A stretch of DNA of 64,000 bases from Mytilus trossulus (lineage: Eukaryota). Below, piece after piece: positions 41,701 to 54,600 of this stretch. The stretch spans positions 30,690,001-30,754,000 of the forward strand of contig NC_086386.1 in assembly GCF_036588685.1 (NCBI RefSeq). The letters are read 5' to 3'. Below the pieces are notes generated by a model, which was given only the letters and a program-made list of their open reading frames with translations, had not been told where the DNA came from and searched no databases. Both the position numbers and the translations under genes were made by a program. Numbering within the stretch: the first letter of the stretch is position 1; each line of letters begins with the position of its first letter.

Positions 41701-44700
41701 TAATAAGTCAACATGACAAAAATGGTCACATTGAGGAGTAATTGCCCGTTATTTTATTTTTTCAAAATGTCTTTTGAAATGAAATCAAAACTATAACGTT
41801 GCATTATTTCATGTATCAAAAAAGTAAAATCACACAAATACTGAACTCCGAGGAAAATTAAATCAGAAATTCCCTAATCACTTGGCAAAATCAAATGACA
41901 AAACACATCAAATACGAATGGACAACAACTGTCATATTCCTGACTTGGAACAGCCTTTTTCAAATGTAGAAAAGGGTGGATTGATCCTGGTTTTATAGCG
42001 TGTATATATAAATATCAGGAGAGCGACACAGGTTCCTTGGAGCCTCTAGTTTATAAGTGTTATTTTTACCATCATTTTGAATAGAGCCAGTCTTCACAGT
42101 AGCCATATCTGTACTCATATGTACTTCTTCAGTTGTAACTTGTTGGCCATTAAAGGTGTCATGGTTTGTTACTTCGCTGTTTGGAATCGTTTTAAAGTTG
42201 TTTATACTCGATGTTACTGATACAATAGTTTTAGTTGCTTGATCTCTTCTGTTGAAAGCAGTGCTGTGATTATTTCTAAGCATTGTCGTAGAAGAAGCGT
42301 TGTTACCTATAATCTCTCGCCCCATAAGTGTTGTTTGCGCAACTGTTGTTGTTAACTCATTGTTTCTATTGGTTGACACGCCATTACCAGTCACAGTTTC
42401 TATCTGTACAGATGATTCGTCATTGAGGGTTGTATTTGCCTGTGTAGAGGAAACAGTGGAATCTATGTTACCAGTGATTGACTTTACAGTAGAATCAATA
42501 GCTGTTACCAGTGTTGTGCTTTCAGTGTTCGTAGTCTTCTCAACACCAACAGAAGTCAATAATGTTGTGGTCTCTGTTATTGTTTTGTTAATGGTTTTGA
42601 CACCAACCCTAGTAGACATGAATTGGCTCATCCCAGATGTACTTGATTTGCTTCCTTTTTCTACTGTAGTTGAGTTTTGTGTTGTCAGTTTATTTGAAGT
42701 AGTAGTAACTATATTTTGTGATCCTGACATTGTACTTGCAGAGTCTGTCATGGTTGTACTTTGTAAGGTAGACATACCTGAAACATATTGAAAAGTGTAT
42801 GACAAATAGATGATATATACATAGGAAGATGTGGTATGAGTGGCAATGAGACAACTCTCCATCCATCCTAGTAACAATTTATAAAAGTAAACCATAATGA
42901 TTATTGGTCAAGAAACATATAATAACTATATTTTAAAAATGATATAGCCGTAGTTAAAAATCGTAAAATTGCTAAGCACTAAAAAAAGACTTGTCTTTCG
43001 ATGTTTTAATCTTAAGTAATTAATTGTCACATTAAAAAGACAGTGGTAAACATTTTACATAGGATAAGATTTCAATCTAGCCCACACAAATATCACTCAC
43101 CTGATGACGCAATAACTGTTTGATCTGATGCCGTTGTTTCTTTCGCAATATCACCTTTTTAAATATAAAAAAAAATATTGATCAAAAATAGCAAAGGAAA
43201 AAGTAATATTTTATTTAATATTATATTGACCATTATTTTTGTTAACTTCGGTACATTTATGAATTTGGCCTATTGCATGATTATTATAGATTTTTTAATC
43301 TTAAATCAAAAATAAAATGAATAATAACTCCTCAAAATTATGTGACAGTAGCTTCCATTTTTGAAATTTAAAGCATAAATGAGCCCACTTTCACAAGAAC
43401 CTGGTAGTCTAAATAAATCATTCGAGATCGAAACTAAAGTCATCGAAAAGATCGAGCAGATAGTGTGAGTTACATTCTTCCTGACAAATATTTCACTGGT
43501 ATTAAAGAGATAACTGTAGTTACGACTATCCCAATATGGCGACGGCAGATTTAGGTAAAATCTTTACAGTCATTTTTTTCAAATGTAGCATGTTTTTGTC
43601 AATAGTTACTCAGCTGCAAGGTTTTTCTATACCATTACATGATATTTGAATCGTAACGGTGCACTGGCATTGTCTAAGCGCTATGAAAATTGCCGTTGAA
43701 AACTCAAGTAAAGATTATCTCTTTAAAGTCATAAGAAACGAGTGACCGGTGAAAAATAATGTTCTTCCAATTCTTGAACCAATGCATACAAACATCATCA
43801 ACTTAGTCTTCTGTGCTTGAATTTATCATTTTTTTTCGTGTAAATTTCGTATAATCGTCAATTTATTTTTCAATCGGTCAGTGCTGTTGTGAAAATATGG
43901 CAGGTAATTAAAGTTCGTGTTTTGAAGCCGAAGTTTAACGATTGTCACCTGTTTGTCAACAATTGACGAAAAATAAACAAAAAAGCATGGAAATTGAGCA
44001 CGTTTTCAACATGTAAATTCAGATAATAGTTTATTTTAAGGACATCCATGCGTATTGGGTGCAATCAACAGTTTTTTTCTATGACGTCACATTTTTAGGG
44101 ACCATGCATAAGTGACCCTTAGTGGTGGACTGATTAATAAAGATACTTGTATAAAACTTGATATCACTGGAATCAGAATGTTCTCTAGTTTATAATGAAA
44201 TAAAAATAATGTGTACTTTTAATATATTAAAAACATTCCATCCAATGAACATGGGGGAAAAAAGCTCTAATTTTGACAGAAAAAACTTGAAACCAGGTCA
44301 TGTGCACAGACATGAAGACATGATCCATGCACATTTTTCATAATCAAAACTGTATGAAATTTGTAGGTTTTTACCTGGCCTTTCGAAAAAATCTTGTTTC
44401 AGGGTACGGTTTCCTGCTCCGAAAAGAGCTACAGTGGCTGCAAATAAGTTTTCAATTTTCACTGCCAAAAAAACAGGATGTTTACAAAGTTGTCTCCCCT
44501 CAAAACATGTAAAGTTAATTTAATTTTTAAAAATATTTCAATCATTCAACCTGTTTTAATTGAAAGCTAATTAACTATTTTTTACAATCAAACACACAAA
44601 ACATGATACTTTTGCACCAATTGAGTTAATAAACAGGGGTTTCCCTCTATGGTTATTTTTAGTCAGGGAATAAGCCCTAGTTTTTTATACGAAACTGTTT

Positions 44701-47700
44701 ATAGCACCCATTGTGGTCACCGGATTTTTACGAGATGGGTCACAGTGAGGTCACCTTGCATACGGAAAATATGTCGGGGGAATTGCTTGCTGGAAGGAAG
44801 CAATTCAAATAAAGTAAACTTCTTCTAAATATGAATAAATTAAAGAATTTTCTTCAGAAAAAAGTATATGTACATAAGTTTTATAATGAAAACTATCCAT
44901 TGAGTTATAAAAAACATATGCATTATTTTTCTTTGATTTGAGGTTTCTTATGACTTTAATACCAGTGTATTTGTATTTGAACGTTATCGAATAGCAACTC
45001 AAAGTCAGTGAATAACAAACCATCTTCAGCACATTATTGTTATAGCTATGAAAACTGGAAATGGATGATAATAACCCAAAGATGTTGGCGTTACTTTGTT
45101 TCCAGAAAATACTACGTTTTGATTTATTAATTTGTCGCTATGTATAGTGTGAATATATACACGAAGCTTGATGTCCTGTGTTATTCCAATTCTTCGCAAT
45201 CTATCTATAAGTTTCACAAGTTCATAACTTACCAAAGCAGAACGCAGAGCTTGCTGGTACACCACTCGTGTCTAAATAATAAACTCTGAAATCTCCACAG
45301 TTCTTTATTTTTATTGTTAAGCTACTAGTATCATAACTTGAGTCACAACAAGACCCACTTACGCTAAGCTTACATACAGATCTCTCTACTTCTCCATCAC
45401 TAACGGCTGGTATTGTTCCTTAAATTGAACACGAAAATAAAAAATCAATTAGTGGAGTTAACTTCCTTTTATTTATTGAACAATCATGGATTAATTCAAA
45501 AGCATAGGTATCCATATATCTCTGCATATTGTTTTACCTGTTGAAATAATGGTTCGTCCGAACGTGAGTGGGTAAAATTAAACTCGTGAACACTCAATAC
45601 TCAATATATGTTTGACGTTGAACCTCTAAATTGACATCGACTTCTAGAATATTGACTCAATTTTACCCCCAAAAATACAGATTTCAATTTGAAGAAATTA
45701 CACAATAGCATCGGGTGGTCTTTCAACAACAAATAGCTAGTGAAAAGTTATACCATGCACCGATAACATGGTGTGCAATATTACTAGTAACACCATGAAC
45801 TATAACCAATGACTGTAGCAAGCCCTTATAGTGTAGTAGTAATAGATTGTTTAATGGTTATTTGTAATTGTAAGAAAGCAATTGAGGTAAACAGCCTGAG
45901 TTAGTTGTAAAAGCAGATACTAGTATAAGAATTATATATTACCATTCAGCCATATGGGAAACGTAGTACCACAACGCATAAGAAGTGGACAGTCTTTAGT
46001 CATGTCCGAACCGGCTGTAAGATTAGATCTATACCACCCTGTTGCCAAACGATCATCTGAAATGGCAGAACCAGTAATGCCGAGGAGTGGGGATCTTGTT
46101 TCTTCCATCGGACCTTCCAAAAGCAAGTAGTCTGTGCATGGTTCATCTAGTTTGAAATTAGAAATATATAAAATATGAAATTTAATTAATTTCTTCGGAA
46201 ATTCGTACTGTATAATAATAAATAATTGAATAAAGTTAGATAAAATACTAGAATCGATTTTTTTACTTGCGGTTGGTACTACACAGCTACTTTTGCATAG
46301 GTACTATTTCTGTACTAAAAATGTGTAGTACTGGAAATCTACTTATAATATTCAGTACTATATTGTTACTCTAAAATTATTGTAATATTTAGGTACCAAT
46401 ATTTTACAGTACTTTATTTGTACTAGAAATTTAAGTGCTACAGATTTTTGGTTACTACCGTTACATTTTCAGCATTTTGAAAGTTTTTCTATTTCAAATC
46501 TCTAAATGGCAACAGTAGGATACCGCTGTTCAAAACTCATAAATCCATGGACAAAAAACAAAATCGGGGTAACAAACTAAAACCGAGGGAAACACATTAA
46601 ATATAAGAGGAGAACAACGACATAACACTAAAATTTAACACACACAGAAACGGACCGAGCATCCGACAAAATCCCACGAGAATAACAAATATAACATCAA
46701 AACAAAATACATGAATATCTCTTAAAGTTATGATATTCAATTCTGTACCAAAATATTTAGTACAAATCAAGTACTGTAAAATACAAGTACCTAAATATAA
46801 CAATAGTTTTAAAGTAAAGAAACAGTACTAATTATCAAAAGAAAATTTCCAGTACTGCATTTTTTTAGTACAGAAATAGTACCTATGCAAAAGTAGCTGT
46901 GTGGCCTCTGAATATGCTTGATTGAGGAGCTCCTTCACTGGAGTCCCGAACTATTTTCATGTATTGAGATATCAGCGAAAGCGACTTATCACTGATTTTC
47001 ACATCATCACAACAGGTACCACTGTAGGAGCAGGATATGTTTGTATATTTCTAAGCACTTGATTTTACTCCCGCTTTTAAATAAAACTCGTGTTGGTCAG
47101 TCTTTAGTTTTCTGTTTAGCGTTTTCGCCGTTTTTGTCCAAAATACTGTACGTTTTTTTTTTTCTTGAATTATGGTTTTTGATGTAGCTTTATGTTCCTA
47201 ATGTATTGCTCATCATTTACTTAAATTCACATGTATGAAGAAAAATGTTTTAGTTAATACAACAGAAAAAGATTGTCCATGCTTTTAGTGTCCGATAATT
47301 CAATAATGACAGTCTATCAAACAATTTGTACTCGTTCAAGTAACTTCTTAAGACAGATTGCATGACAAATATAAGTCTGTGACCGATTCTTTGTATAGAA
47401 ATTTTTACATTGAGAATAATGCATTAAAATTTGTCTAGGTTTTATTGGTTTTGTTTTGTCTTGTTTTGTTTTGTTTTTGTCTTGTTTGATCTTAGTTAAA
47501 ATGAATACAGCTTTAAAACAAATACATCTTTTAGCTTATAGATTAAAGGGAAAAAAAATGTTTTAACATTTTATAAATATACACCTGGTCAAATAAGATT
47601 TAACTTAAAAACTATATACTTACTTGTTGAAATAGTAATTAAGTTGTCCAGTAAAAAGAAATAAAATAATACTTGTAATAGAACTAGCTTTCTTCTCCAT
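38708..47700 (-). CDS. Type-I transmembrane protein: signal peptide, uromodulin/GP2/OIT3-like D8C(D10C) domain, Ser/Thr mucin stalk, TM, Tyr-motif cytoplasmic tail (about 657 aa; apparent frameshift in exon 1)
   Basis: Exons: 47700-47624, 46146-45943 (EPCTDY...GWYRS...CGTTFPIWLNG), 45418-45233 (TIPAVSDGEVERSVC...SCC...IKIKNCGDFRVYYL...AFCF), 43154-43101, 42777-42070 (S/T-rich), 40005-39912 (MGLVIVTCVCVTLAVICVIGMIVLC), 39359-38708 (CLLRKRQNQRK...). All junctions from exon 2 onward are GT-AG and phase-consistent. Confidence 0.85.
40036..40666. mobile_element. Fold-back/MITE element with long TIRs that are themselves palindromic
   Basis: TCAGATTATTACATGGCATTTTTCATATCGCATGTATTATCAGCCCTAGGTTCAATATCAGCCCAAGAG... 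is inverted at the right end; each arm contains an internal hairpin. Confidence 0.8.
40667..41040. repeat. 18-bp minisatellite (ATGATAATGATAATAAAT)n decaying into (ATA/ATG)n
   Basis: Directly visible; it generates the spurious Ile-rich ORFs 40616-40948 and 40746-41102. Confidence 0.95.
46279..46904. mobile_element. Long-TIR non-autonomous element with an internal insertion (about 46507-46715)
   Basis: ACACAGCTACTTTTGCATAGGTACTATTTCTGTACTAAAAA... inverted as ...TTTTTAGTACAGAAATAGTACCTATGCAAAAGTAGCTGTGT; many GTAC subrepeats. Confidence 0.75.
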
Positions 47701-48655
47701 AATTTATCAAGCGAACTTAATATGTTTGAATCAGAATTATAATTATAATAAATACTTCCTCAGACTTATGGTTTTTACATAGGACATTAAATTCAAAACA
47801 CGAATTGCATTTGAACTATATAAATATGAAAGGGTATACAAAACATAAGGAAGGAATTCTTTTCAATTATAATCTTTTCATGTTCTCACGAAATATAACT
47901 TATCACAATGTTTAAAAAAAAAATTAAAAAGAAATCACCCTTCATACTTTTTTTTCAATCGGCAATCCTCGGGTAACTCCGCTTCTCTCCTTCTATACGT
48001 TAGAATCGGCCGAGTTGTGACGATTGATATATCTTTAATACAACATATTAAAAAGAGGATCGATGATCAAATGATGGGGATTATATTCCACATGTTTTCT
48101 GAGAGTACAATTACCATAGTATGATACCTGAAATAAACGGAGGAGTATTCCGGGCAGGGATTTACACAATCATAACTACATGTCCAATAGTGACAACTCT
48201 ATTGAGCTTTTCAGACATGAGAAGACAATATTTATATCAGATTTTATATTTGCTATTTTTCACTTCCCCTTTTCGTGTGCATCAAGCTTATGATACTGTA
48301 CTGTAGAAATTATTCTTTATTTTCAATCATTTCAATCTCCTTTCTCACAAACATTTAAAATGAGTAATTCGAATGTAAAATACCAACTTAAAATAACTAA
48401 TATAGGCAACGGTACGTCCTTCAACAATGAGAAAAGCCCTCACCGAAAAGTCGGCTACCAAAGGCCGCGACATGAAAATATAAAACAATTCAATTGAGAA
48501 AACTAACGACCTTATTTATTGGTTTATAAAAAATATTGAGTATTCTATGACGTCACAATATTGGTATAACGTTACAAACGTGTCTATGGGCAACGGTATT
48601 GACTGCACCAGCGAAGTTGTTCTTTCCAGTAGCGCTGTATGTCTGTTTGTATAAA
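47701..48655. promoter_or_regulatory. Putative bidirectional promoter region
   Basis: The two predicted start codons (47700 on -, 48656 on +) face outward about 955 bp apart; no transcription start evidence. Confidence 0.45.
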
Positions 48656-51600
48656 ATGACATCGTATGAACTGTTTAATCCTGATTCCATTGAATTCAAA
48701 AAGAGACAGTAAGTAAACGCAACTAATTCAAAATTAACCAAGTTTTATGTCATCATAGTCTTGAAATAAATTGGTAATTAATAAAAATGATTTAAAAAAT
48801 AAGGTGTAAACCAAATTTTTATTCAAAAACTTATTTTTTGACAGACAGTTTGGTTTTATTTAAATTAGTTCTGTATATCTTACATATCATTTAGGGAACC
48901 ATAATTAATTTTGATATGTTATGGATCCAAGAGAATTATTATTAGCTTGACTATATAAACATTACCTTTTGATACGCATGCAGCTTTGTCTAATTAGTGC
49001 GCATAGTTATCATATAGCAATCAATAGTTTACTTGAAATGAACAATTCGTAATTTTTAAAATCACTGAGTATAGACAACTGTATGTACTTCAACAATGAG
49101 AAAACCCCATACCGTATGGCCGGCTATAAAAAGGCCACGACATGAAAAATATGTCACAATTTATTTGGGAGTACTAACGACCTAATTCATATTTGAAAAA
49201 AAATACGAAAAAGAAATATGACAGACGCGAACCAACGACAACCACTGATCTACAGGCTCCTGACATGGCACAGGCATATAAAGAACCCTCTCATAACCTG
49301 GTGTAACAGTTAAACATAAGAACAAATATTAATTTCTTCATAAATGCGCATTTTTTTTAATAGTTTGATAACCTCGCATTACAAACATGCAAAAGTTGAC
49401 TATCTCGAGAGCATAAATATTGCATCTAAGGTTTGAACGATCGAATAATTATTAGTATGTGCATGATTTGTTGAAGTTACTACTGATAAAGGAATAACTG
49501 TCCATTATTCAAATTTTTCTATCATACAGTTTAACCGATTTGACTTTCTGGAAACATTATGCTGAGGAGAAAGCATCATACCATGATTTATTATCAAAGA
49601 AAATGTTAAAAACGGTCAATGAATACAGGAAGAAATTAGTAAAGATAGATGGCTTCAAAGGTTTGTAAATAATATCCGCGTACATTGTGTACGATTTACG
49701 ACTCCATATTTGCTCAACAATCAAGGAAAACTTACCTTTTTTTTTATAATTTGATGATATGTTTACTTAGGATCAATCTTAGTCGTAAGTTTTTTTTGTG
49801 AAATCGACTCCTGGACTGCAACCTACTATGGTAGTGTACAACACATATCTTAACTGCTTTACAATCCGGGAGCACCATTACAATTGTCTAAGCGTAAGAC
49901 AATCTTTTATTTACTAATATTAGAGTACTGGAATCTGCATGCCCACAAAATAAATGCTAGTGTGAATAGCATGAGTTAGTAAATATTGCACTTGTACATT
50001 CAATGGCATGTCTTTGTGCAGTTTATCGGAGTTTCGTGTCGATTTGTTGCATATTCTTCTAATAAAAAACATCTTTTTTAATTTGTAGATTTTCCACTGT
50101 TGAAATCCTTCGAGGCAGCTATGACACGTGATGAAATACAAGCAGAAGAACTGCGATCTGTTGCTTCCAGTTTCTCTTGTCTTACCCGGGATTTACAAAG
50201 GTAAGAGTCCGTAAGACAGTGTTTATTCACACGGTCTTTTTATCATACTTATCTTGTGTCCTTTAGATCATTGACAATCTCAACTTGTTTCGTGAGCTTT
50301 CAAAGTTTTTATGTTTAAGTACATCGCTTAATGTGGATTTTTATGCCCCACCTACGATAGTAGAGAGGCATTATGTTTTCTGGTCTGTGCATCCGTTCGT
50401 CCGTCCGTCTGTCCCGCTTCAGGTTAAAGTTTTTGGTCAAGGAAGTTTTTGATGAAGTTGAAGTCCAATTGACTTCAAACTTGGTGCACATGTTCCTTAT
50501 GATATGATCTTTCTAGTTTTAATGCCAAATTGGAGATTTTACCCGAATTTCACGGTCCACTGAACATAGAAAAAGATAGTGCGAGTGGGGCATTCGTGTA
50601 CTGAGGACACATTCTTGTTTTATACATTATTCTGTTCAAATAATGATAATATAAGATATATTGAAGTATATTTTCGTTTTCAGTGAATTAGACAGTATAT
50701 CTACATCAGAATATGAGAAAGAAGCAGTTGCTTTTAGAAAACTAGTAAAGATACATTCCAAGGTTTTAAGAGAAACTGAATCGGACAGAGATGTGAGTTC
50801 ATTTATGTATTTACCTTACATATTAACCAGACAGTTCTATCTTAGTTTTGTTCATCACTACAACATGCATCTGTTGCTCTTTTAAAATTCCCATTTTTTT
50901 TAAAATTGGAGGCTAATAAGAAACTTCGTCGTAATTATTAAACAACAATGCTTTAAACCTCAGCACTCTCCTGAAAAGACAGTTGTCGTATAATTTTGTG
51001 TCGCATGCTTTTTTGAATACTCTAAATTGCCAAAATTTATCATTTTGATTTGATTTTCAGAAAATTAGCCATGTTGCATTTAAACTAGAAAGAATATATA
51101 CAAATGCTTGCAAAAATGAAAAGTACAATTCCACAAAACAGCTACTAGACAACACAATTGCTAGTTACGATATCCACAAAGAAAGCGAGCTGCTTCTTCG
51201 GGCAAAAATCATTTCAGTAAGTATGTGTTTCATTTATCACCTACCTGTATCTCACATTCTACATCCCTAGAGATACCCATACAACATGTACAAAGCCTAA
51301 GCGTACCTTATGAAAAGTATTTGGAAATATGTAAAAAGCCATATTTGTTTTTTTATTTCAAATAAGAAAATTTATTCATATTTTAAGATAAAGGGAGAAA
51401 TTCATAATGATATAGGATTATTGCAAATATTTATGAATTTTATTACGAACCAGCAAACGGATGCACGAACGAAAACAATTGTCACTTTTAAATCCAGCTT
51501 CATTAAACAAAAAACCTTAAATAAAACAAAACAAAACTTAAATTTAGTCTTAGATGCATGATTTTGTGTAATAGTTGTTAGTTGCTTTGCAGTAACTGCG

Positions 51601-54600
51601 AGTACTCTCATATCTGTACTTAGTGTCTTTTTGTTGTTGGAATGTACAAGTACCCGGCCACGTCCACTTGTATTTGTAGTATTTGTATTGTTATCCATCT
51701 GATGTATTAGGACTTTTTCAACTGATTTTTATAGTCCGTTCTTATGTTGTACTGTTACCCCAATGTCCCAGGTTAGGAGGATGGTTGGGATCCCACTAAC
51801 ATATTTAACCCCGCCACTTTCTCTATGTATGTGCCTGTCCCAAATCATAAGCCTGTAATTCAGTGGTTGTCGGTTGTTGATGTGCAACATATTTGTGTTT
51901 TTTTTGTTTTTGTACATAAACTAGGCCGTAGGTTTTCGCATTTTAATTGTTTTACATTTGATTTTGGGGGATTTATAGATGACTATGCGGTATTGGCTTT
52001 GCTCATTGTTGAAGGCCGTACGGTGACCTATAATTTTGAATGGATGTGTCATTTTGCTCTCTTGTACCACACCACACCACACCACACAACACAATGATGC
52101 GAATACTTAAATCTAATTATCTTTTTAAAAAAAATTCACGAAAAGGTAAAGGAGGAATGTGTCAAAGACAGAAACCCCAACAAAGAACATAAAACGGCCG
52201 AAGGTCACAAATGAGTCATTAACATAGCGAGAAAATCCAGCAACCGCCCCAAACAAAATGTGAACAAGTTCAATAAAAATGCACATCAAACTCCAAAACA
52301 TATAAGTTACTCAAAATTTAAAAAAAAAAATCATACAAGATCAGAGGCTTCATAAAGACCAGACGCTACTGACTTGTGATAGGTGCTAAAATGAGGTGTT
52401 GAACATGTTATCTGAGATCCGAACCTTCCATCTATACATCTAGCCAATGTAGAATAAACAAAAACACAGCAATACGCAAAGTAAAACTCACTTTAAAAGA
52501 AATTCGATTTTTTTTTTATTGATTACGGGTTTGGTGTTGTTAATGTTATCACAGTGGAATTTATTAAAATGATTAACTTTGAAAATAATTTAATTCAGAA
52601 GTCTGAGGAGCTCAAGAAATTATGGCTGGAAGAAGAGAAAGAAAGGCTTGATGTTCTACTGAGGGGATGGAAAGATTGTTTAACTGCTGAAAATCAGCTT
52701 CTTAAACATAGACACCAAGGTCACGGAGACAGAGCATTAAAGATTGCTGACAATATTTATAATGCAGATGTTTGTTCTGAATTGGCTATCATGAGAGTGT
52801 CGCCTCACAAGTACAGAGATTTCGAGGTAAATGAAATTAATATTATCACTTGAAAGGATTTTAATTACACTCTGAAACAACAACAAAAAATAATATATAT
52901 GTCAATGGCATATTAATTCAATATACATGTATATAAAAAAAGTAAAGTTCCGTTTTATTTCATACGTTCGTTGCTACATTGTTCATTCTTCAAATATCGA
53001 ATTGGTTTGTCTTTTTTCATACAAATTAAATTTGTATCAGATTCTCATATGTACATAAATGATAAGTATGGTAGCATGTGTATTTTAGGAAAGTTCAACA
53101 CTGGTAAGCAAAGCAGCAAAGCATTTAGATACGGGCGAAAGGTTGAATACCACAGAAGAAGAAATTACAAAATTACATAGTAAATCGCGGTGCAGAACAG
53201 CAGTCGGTGTCGTAGGAAAAAAGAACAACACAGAAGAAAAGCACTGTAAATCATTGACAATACTCCAAACACCAGATGCTAGTATATCACATGAACATAA
53301 TCGATCAGCTACACTTCCGGCAAGCGAAAGACGTAAAACAAATCGTCGAAAGGACAGGCACCTGGTACATTCAAGTGATAAAGACGACAATAGGTATGAT
53401 ATATCTCGACGTCGCAAAACGAAAATGAGAAACGAACATGCAACGTTAGTACCCTACCACCCAGAGGATAACCAGTGTACAGAGGTCCAAGATTTATATA
53501 AAGAGGGCGACATTACGACCGATGATGAAAACCTGTCGGTTTTTGGTGATAAAAGATTGAAAAACGGTTAGTACACAATTCCCCCTATTACTTTTTTAAC
53601 AAGATATTTACCACTCACACAACTGACAAGGCTTAATTCTTTCATTACTTTGTATGCATATGATATATAAACTTGAATAGCAGGAATTGTAGTTTCAAAA
53701 TTTGTGATGACAAAAAATATTTGTTGGTATAAATAATTACTTATATGTAATTATTGGCCTTCGGCTGTCATCTGCTCTTTGGTTGGGTTGTTGTCTCTTT
53801 GACATATTCCACATTTCCATTCTCAATTTAATGTATGCTTAATTTTAAAATTTAACTCTTTTAGGTAAGACTAAAACGAAGATAGAATCTGGAGATGGCA
53901 TAAAAACCACAAAATGTAGCAGTAAGAAAGTATATGCTCGAGTTATACCACAAAGAAGACAGACAGCAGATATAAGACGTACTGTTACCCAGCATGATGA
54001 TTCTAATGGAGGTTAGTCATGTTTTTTCAATTTCTTTTTAAATTCTGAAATATATTAGTCAATTATTGTTCGATTAAGTTTACAATTATACATTGAAGAA
54101 GTTAAAGACTTAATTTTTAACATTACCTCGTGAAAACTTCGAAAAACATCATGTAACTCAGACGACATTATCAATGCAAAAATACTGTATATATCTATAT
54201 TGCACATGCATATATCTAGTAGCTAATTCAGTATAGAGTTTAATGAAACAGTTTGTTTGTTTGTTTGCGTATTTCTCATCTTCAATTGAATTGTCAATGA
54301 ATAGCCACTCAAAGCTTAAGAATTATTTATTGTCCGATGGTGAAATAAATTGAAAAAGATTTTACCTTCGTTTGATCATCTTTGATTCAATGCCTACTGC
54401 TTTAACGAACAAACGAACACCGCAGATTTTGTATACAAGTAGTATGATTTATAAGATCAACGTTAAGAGAAAAAAAGTTCTGAGAATACTGTTTACTCTT
54501 GCAATTTCAGCATCGCTTGATTCCTCTGATGATGAGTCGACCTTCACAGATAGTGGGAGTGTGGCATCAACAGGTCATTGTTCATCTGTTAAATGTGGTG

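Noticed and set aside
42300-42791. Val-rich plus-strand ORF
   Set aside because: Antisense shadow of the Thr-rich mucin exon.
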